This document shows, piece by piece, positions 61,941 to 64,000 of a stretch of 64,000 bases of DNA (positions are counted from its first letter, which is position 1; each line of letters begins with the position of its first letter). The position numbers and the translations under genes were made by a program. This stretch comes from Candidatus Parcubacteria bacterium (lineage in GTDB: Bacteria > Patescibacteriota > Minisyncoccia > Phycocordibacterales > Phycocordibacteraceae). The notes under the pieces are model-generated. The model was not told where the DNA came from and ran no database searches. It worked only from the letters and a program-made list of their open reading frames with translations. The stretch spans positions 52,260-116,259 of the forward strand of contig JAXDML010000010.1 of the NCBI GenBank assembly GCA_034666125.1, written 5' to 3'.

Positions 61941-62849
61941 ATGGCCAACCGCCACCTTGCACGTTCCGTAGTCCTTCAGACGCTCTTCGAGTGGGATACG
62001 ACGCATGCCGATGAGGCGGGGGTGAACGAGATCCTCGCCCGGAACGTCGAAGAGTTCGGCGGCGATGATTCGGACCGGCCATTCACGGAAGCTCTCCTTT
62101 CGGGCGTCATCAGCAAGCGCCCGGACCTCGACCTCGTCATCACGAAGGCCGCGCCCGACTGGCCGCTCGAGAAGATCGCGCCCGTGGATCGTAATATTCT
62201 AAGGATCGGGCTTTTTGAATTGCTTTTCGCCGACCGCGCGCAAGTGCCTGCGAAGGTCGCCATCAACGAAGCCATCGAGCTTGCGAAGGTGTTCGGCGGC
62301 GATTCGTCGGGACGCTTCGTCAACGGAGTCCTCGGCGCCGTGTACAAGGAGATGGGCGAGCCCGGCAAGGACGAGAAGGGGAAGAAGGACCGCGTGCGCC
62401 GCGAGGACCTGCCGCTCGAGAAATTGGGAGGCGCCATCGTGTACGCCGAGCACGAGGGCCAGTACTATCTCGCGCTCGTGCACGATGTCTTCGGCCGGTG
62501 GACGCTGTCCAAGGGCCATATCGAAGAGGACCCGAGCCCGGAGGAGGGAGTGAAGCGCGTGGTGATGGAGGAGCTCGGGATCGCGTCAACGGTCGAGGAG
62601 ATGGTCGGCGAGAACGAGTACGTCGCCTCGCACCCGGAAAAAGGGAAGATCCGGAAGCACGTCTGGTTCTTCCTCGTGCATGCGGAGTTCGAGACGCTGA
62701 CCCTGAAGAAAAGCGGTGGGCTCGACGACGCCAAGTGGTTCCGCCTCACCGACATCCTCGACCTCAATTTCTATGACGACATGCTCCCCATCGTGACCGC
62801 CGCAGTGCAGAAGCTCCTCGACAAGGCCCGCGCGAAGTCCGTGGCATGA
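61941..62849 (+). CDS. nusB: NusB antitermination factor fused to a C-terminal NUDIX hydrolase domain
   Basis: NusB: 'ARSVVLQTLFEWD', 'PAKVAINEAIELAKVFGGDSSGRFVNGVLG'. NUDIX-like box 'GHIEEDPSPEEGVKRVVMEELGI'. Start chosen at ATG 61941 (MANRHLAR); the ORF is open from 61899. Confidence 0.7.
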   Translation: MANRHLARSVVLQTLFEWDTTHADEAGVNEILARNVEEFGGDDSDRPFTEALLSGVISKRPDLDLVITKAAPDWPLEKIAPVDRNILRIGLFELLFADRAQVPAKVAINEAIELAKVFGGDSSGRFVNGVLGAVYKEMGEPGKDEKGKKDRVRREDLPLEKLGGAIVYAEHEGQYYLALVHDVFGRWTLSKGHIEEDPSPEEGVKRVVMEELGIASTVEEMVGENEYVASHPEKGKIRKHVWFFLVHAEFETLTLKKSGGLDDAKWFRLTDILDLNFYDDMLPIVTAAVQKLLDKARAKSVA

Positions 62850-62882
62850 TTTTGAATTAGGGCGGATTCGAGTTCCGTTGAC

Positions 62883-62958
62883 CGCGCCTTCACACAAAGC
62901 CGTCTCTGGACGGCTTTGTGACGATAAAAAGAAGACAGGACGCGTGACGACGTCCTGT
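62883..62958. terminator. Two hairpins (cacaaagccgtc/gacggctttgtg and caggacg/cgtcctg) flanking a T/A run between convergent nusB-NUDIX and the minus gene
   Basis: Read directly. On the minus strand the second hairpin is followed by tcttcttttta. Confidence 0.45.
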
Positions 62959-64000
62959 CAGAGTTCGGAAGCAAGCTCAGGATAAGCGCTCCTGAGTAAC
63001 TCCCGAAGCGAGAGCCCAACGTTCTTGCTGGAGAGCATTCCAGCTAGCCCATATTTTCTGAATAGTGAAGGGGTAACTAAAGGAGAAAGAGGCGATATCT
63101 CCAGATGTTCATCAAGCAGCCACATGGTAGCTAATGCGGCCGTCACCCTTCCCTCGCTGCCCACCCACTTACCTTGGGTGCAGAAGCTCCACGGAAGAAA
63201 CTTATCAGGATAGACAAGGCGCAGGATAGGTTCAGGAGACCCATACGCCTTTATAATTGCCTCAAGACCGTGCTCACTAAAAGCCCGTCTTGTCAGGGTG
63301 GTTTCTAGCCGTCTGTCCCAAATCTCTCCCGCAGTGAGGGTTAACATCGGTATTCCGAGCTTTTCCTCAACAAGCCACCGAGTTGCCCTGATCACATTCT
63401 CTTTCAAGTCGAAATAACCCTTAGGCGTTTTTGCAAACTCCCATGGGTGATATCGATTCGGAAATGCTTGATTCAGATACGCAAATCTATCCCGTCCGAA
63501 CAGTGAAGTCAGGGGACTGAATAAACCTGCGTTCTCAAAGAAACTCCTAGTAAGCAATTTCGGATACTCTTCAGGAGGGCGGCCGGTTTCCCTCAATGCG
63601 TTCTGCAAGGACTCAACCGCTCGCTCCAGATTCCAGTAGTTTCGTGGGGCACGCACCATGTGATGGCCAAGAAATCTCTTTTCCGGGAATGCGAATTTGA
63701 TGGCGTCAAACGGTGAGCTGTGGAAGAAAACCTGGAGCCACCCCCCAAGCCCGTGTTCTTTGAACGTCACTTGTCCGATTTTCCGGGGAGCCTCGTCCGG
63801 GGTTATACCAAGGACTTTAACTAATACGAAAACCACCAGCCTATGGCTTTCTGGGGTCCTGTGCCTGTACGCATTCTCCTTGGCTTGTCTCAGAACTGCT
63901 TGCGGATCGATTTGTTCTCGATCTCCCGCAAGCAAAACGTAGAGCTGATTTTGCTCAAGCCAGGAGGGAATCTCTTCGGGAGTCACGTCCCAAAGCACTT
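62958..64000 (-). CDS. Hypothetical protein (lower-GC gene; N-terminus may extend beyond the window)
   Basis: ORF 346 aa running to the window edge; no family recognised. Confidence 0.5.
   Translation of the reverse strand, partial: VLWDVTPEEIPSWLEQNQLYVLLAGDREQIDPQAVLRQAKENAYRHRTPESHRLVVFVLVKVLGITPDEAPRKIGQVTFKEHGLGGWLQVFFHSSPFDAIKFAFPEKRFLGHHMVRAPRNYWNLERAVESLQNALRETGRPPEEYPKLLTRSFFENAGLFSPLTSLFGRDRFAYLNQAFPNRYHPWEFAKTPKGYFDLKENVIRATRWLVEEKLGIPMLTLTAGEIWDRRLETTLTRRAFSEHGLEAIIKAYGSPEPILRLVYPDKFLPWSFCTQGKWVGSEGRVTAALATMWLLDEHLEISPLSPLVTPSLFRKYGLAGMLSSKNVGLSLRELLRSAYPELASEL

Overview
High-GC (about 60%), very gene-dense bacterial segment. The gene content looks like a reduced-genome Patescibacteria/CPR-type organism (inference). 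Supporting this, many housekeeping proteins are shortened (ThrRS 581 aa, PheS about 245 aa, RF1 310 aa, EF-Ts 193 aa), transketolase is split into N- and C-terminal genes, the aldolase is class I, and L32 carries a C-terminal extension. A sortase and a type IV pilin are also present. The standard genetic code applies: TGA ends pheT and other conserved genes. The window opens inside gatB. Next comes a membrane-tethered HTH protein, then one uninterrupted 17.1-kb ORF (1839..18953) encoding a 5704-aa surface protein. This giant protein has an N-terminal excisionase/MerR-like HTH, a single TM helix and roughly 8 kb of nested tandem phage-tail-fibre-like coding repeats. Downstream of the repeats are an LVIVD beta-propeller, a Peptidase-S74-type autoproteolytic intramolecular chaperone domain ('SDARLKENI') and an (EP)n Pro-rich tail. 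This gene, together with the paralogous small HTH-TM gene directly upstream, is the most unusual system I see in the window. The rest is core metabolism and information processing: gap, rpiB, a type IV pilin, rpe, split tkt with an inserted MazG-like gene, dgkA, a pfkB kinase, fba class I, rplY, a coiled-coil lytic transglycosylase, two Ig-repeat surface proteins, rpmE, prfA, rpsB, tsf, tRNA-Thr(UGU), a GT2 processive glycosyltransferase, pheS, a stand-alone tRNA-binding-domain gene plus a pheT lacking that domain, adk-like, a P-loop kinase, a His-phosphatase, fpg/nei, gyrB, a sortase with neighbouring secreted and membrane proteins, thrS, dnaE, rnhB, rpmF and a NusB-NUDIX fusion. A lower-GC islet (24.4-27.8 kb) carries two paralogous EEP (endonuclease/exonuclease/phosphatase) genes, each paired with a paralogous ~155-aa protein of unknown function. 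No CRISPR array, rRNA, transposase or integrase was seen. Many convergent gene pairs are separated by long perfect hairpins that look like bidirectional terminators.
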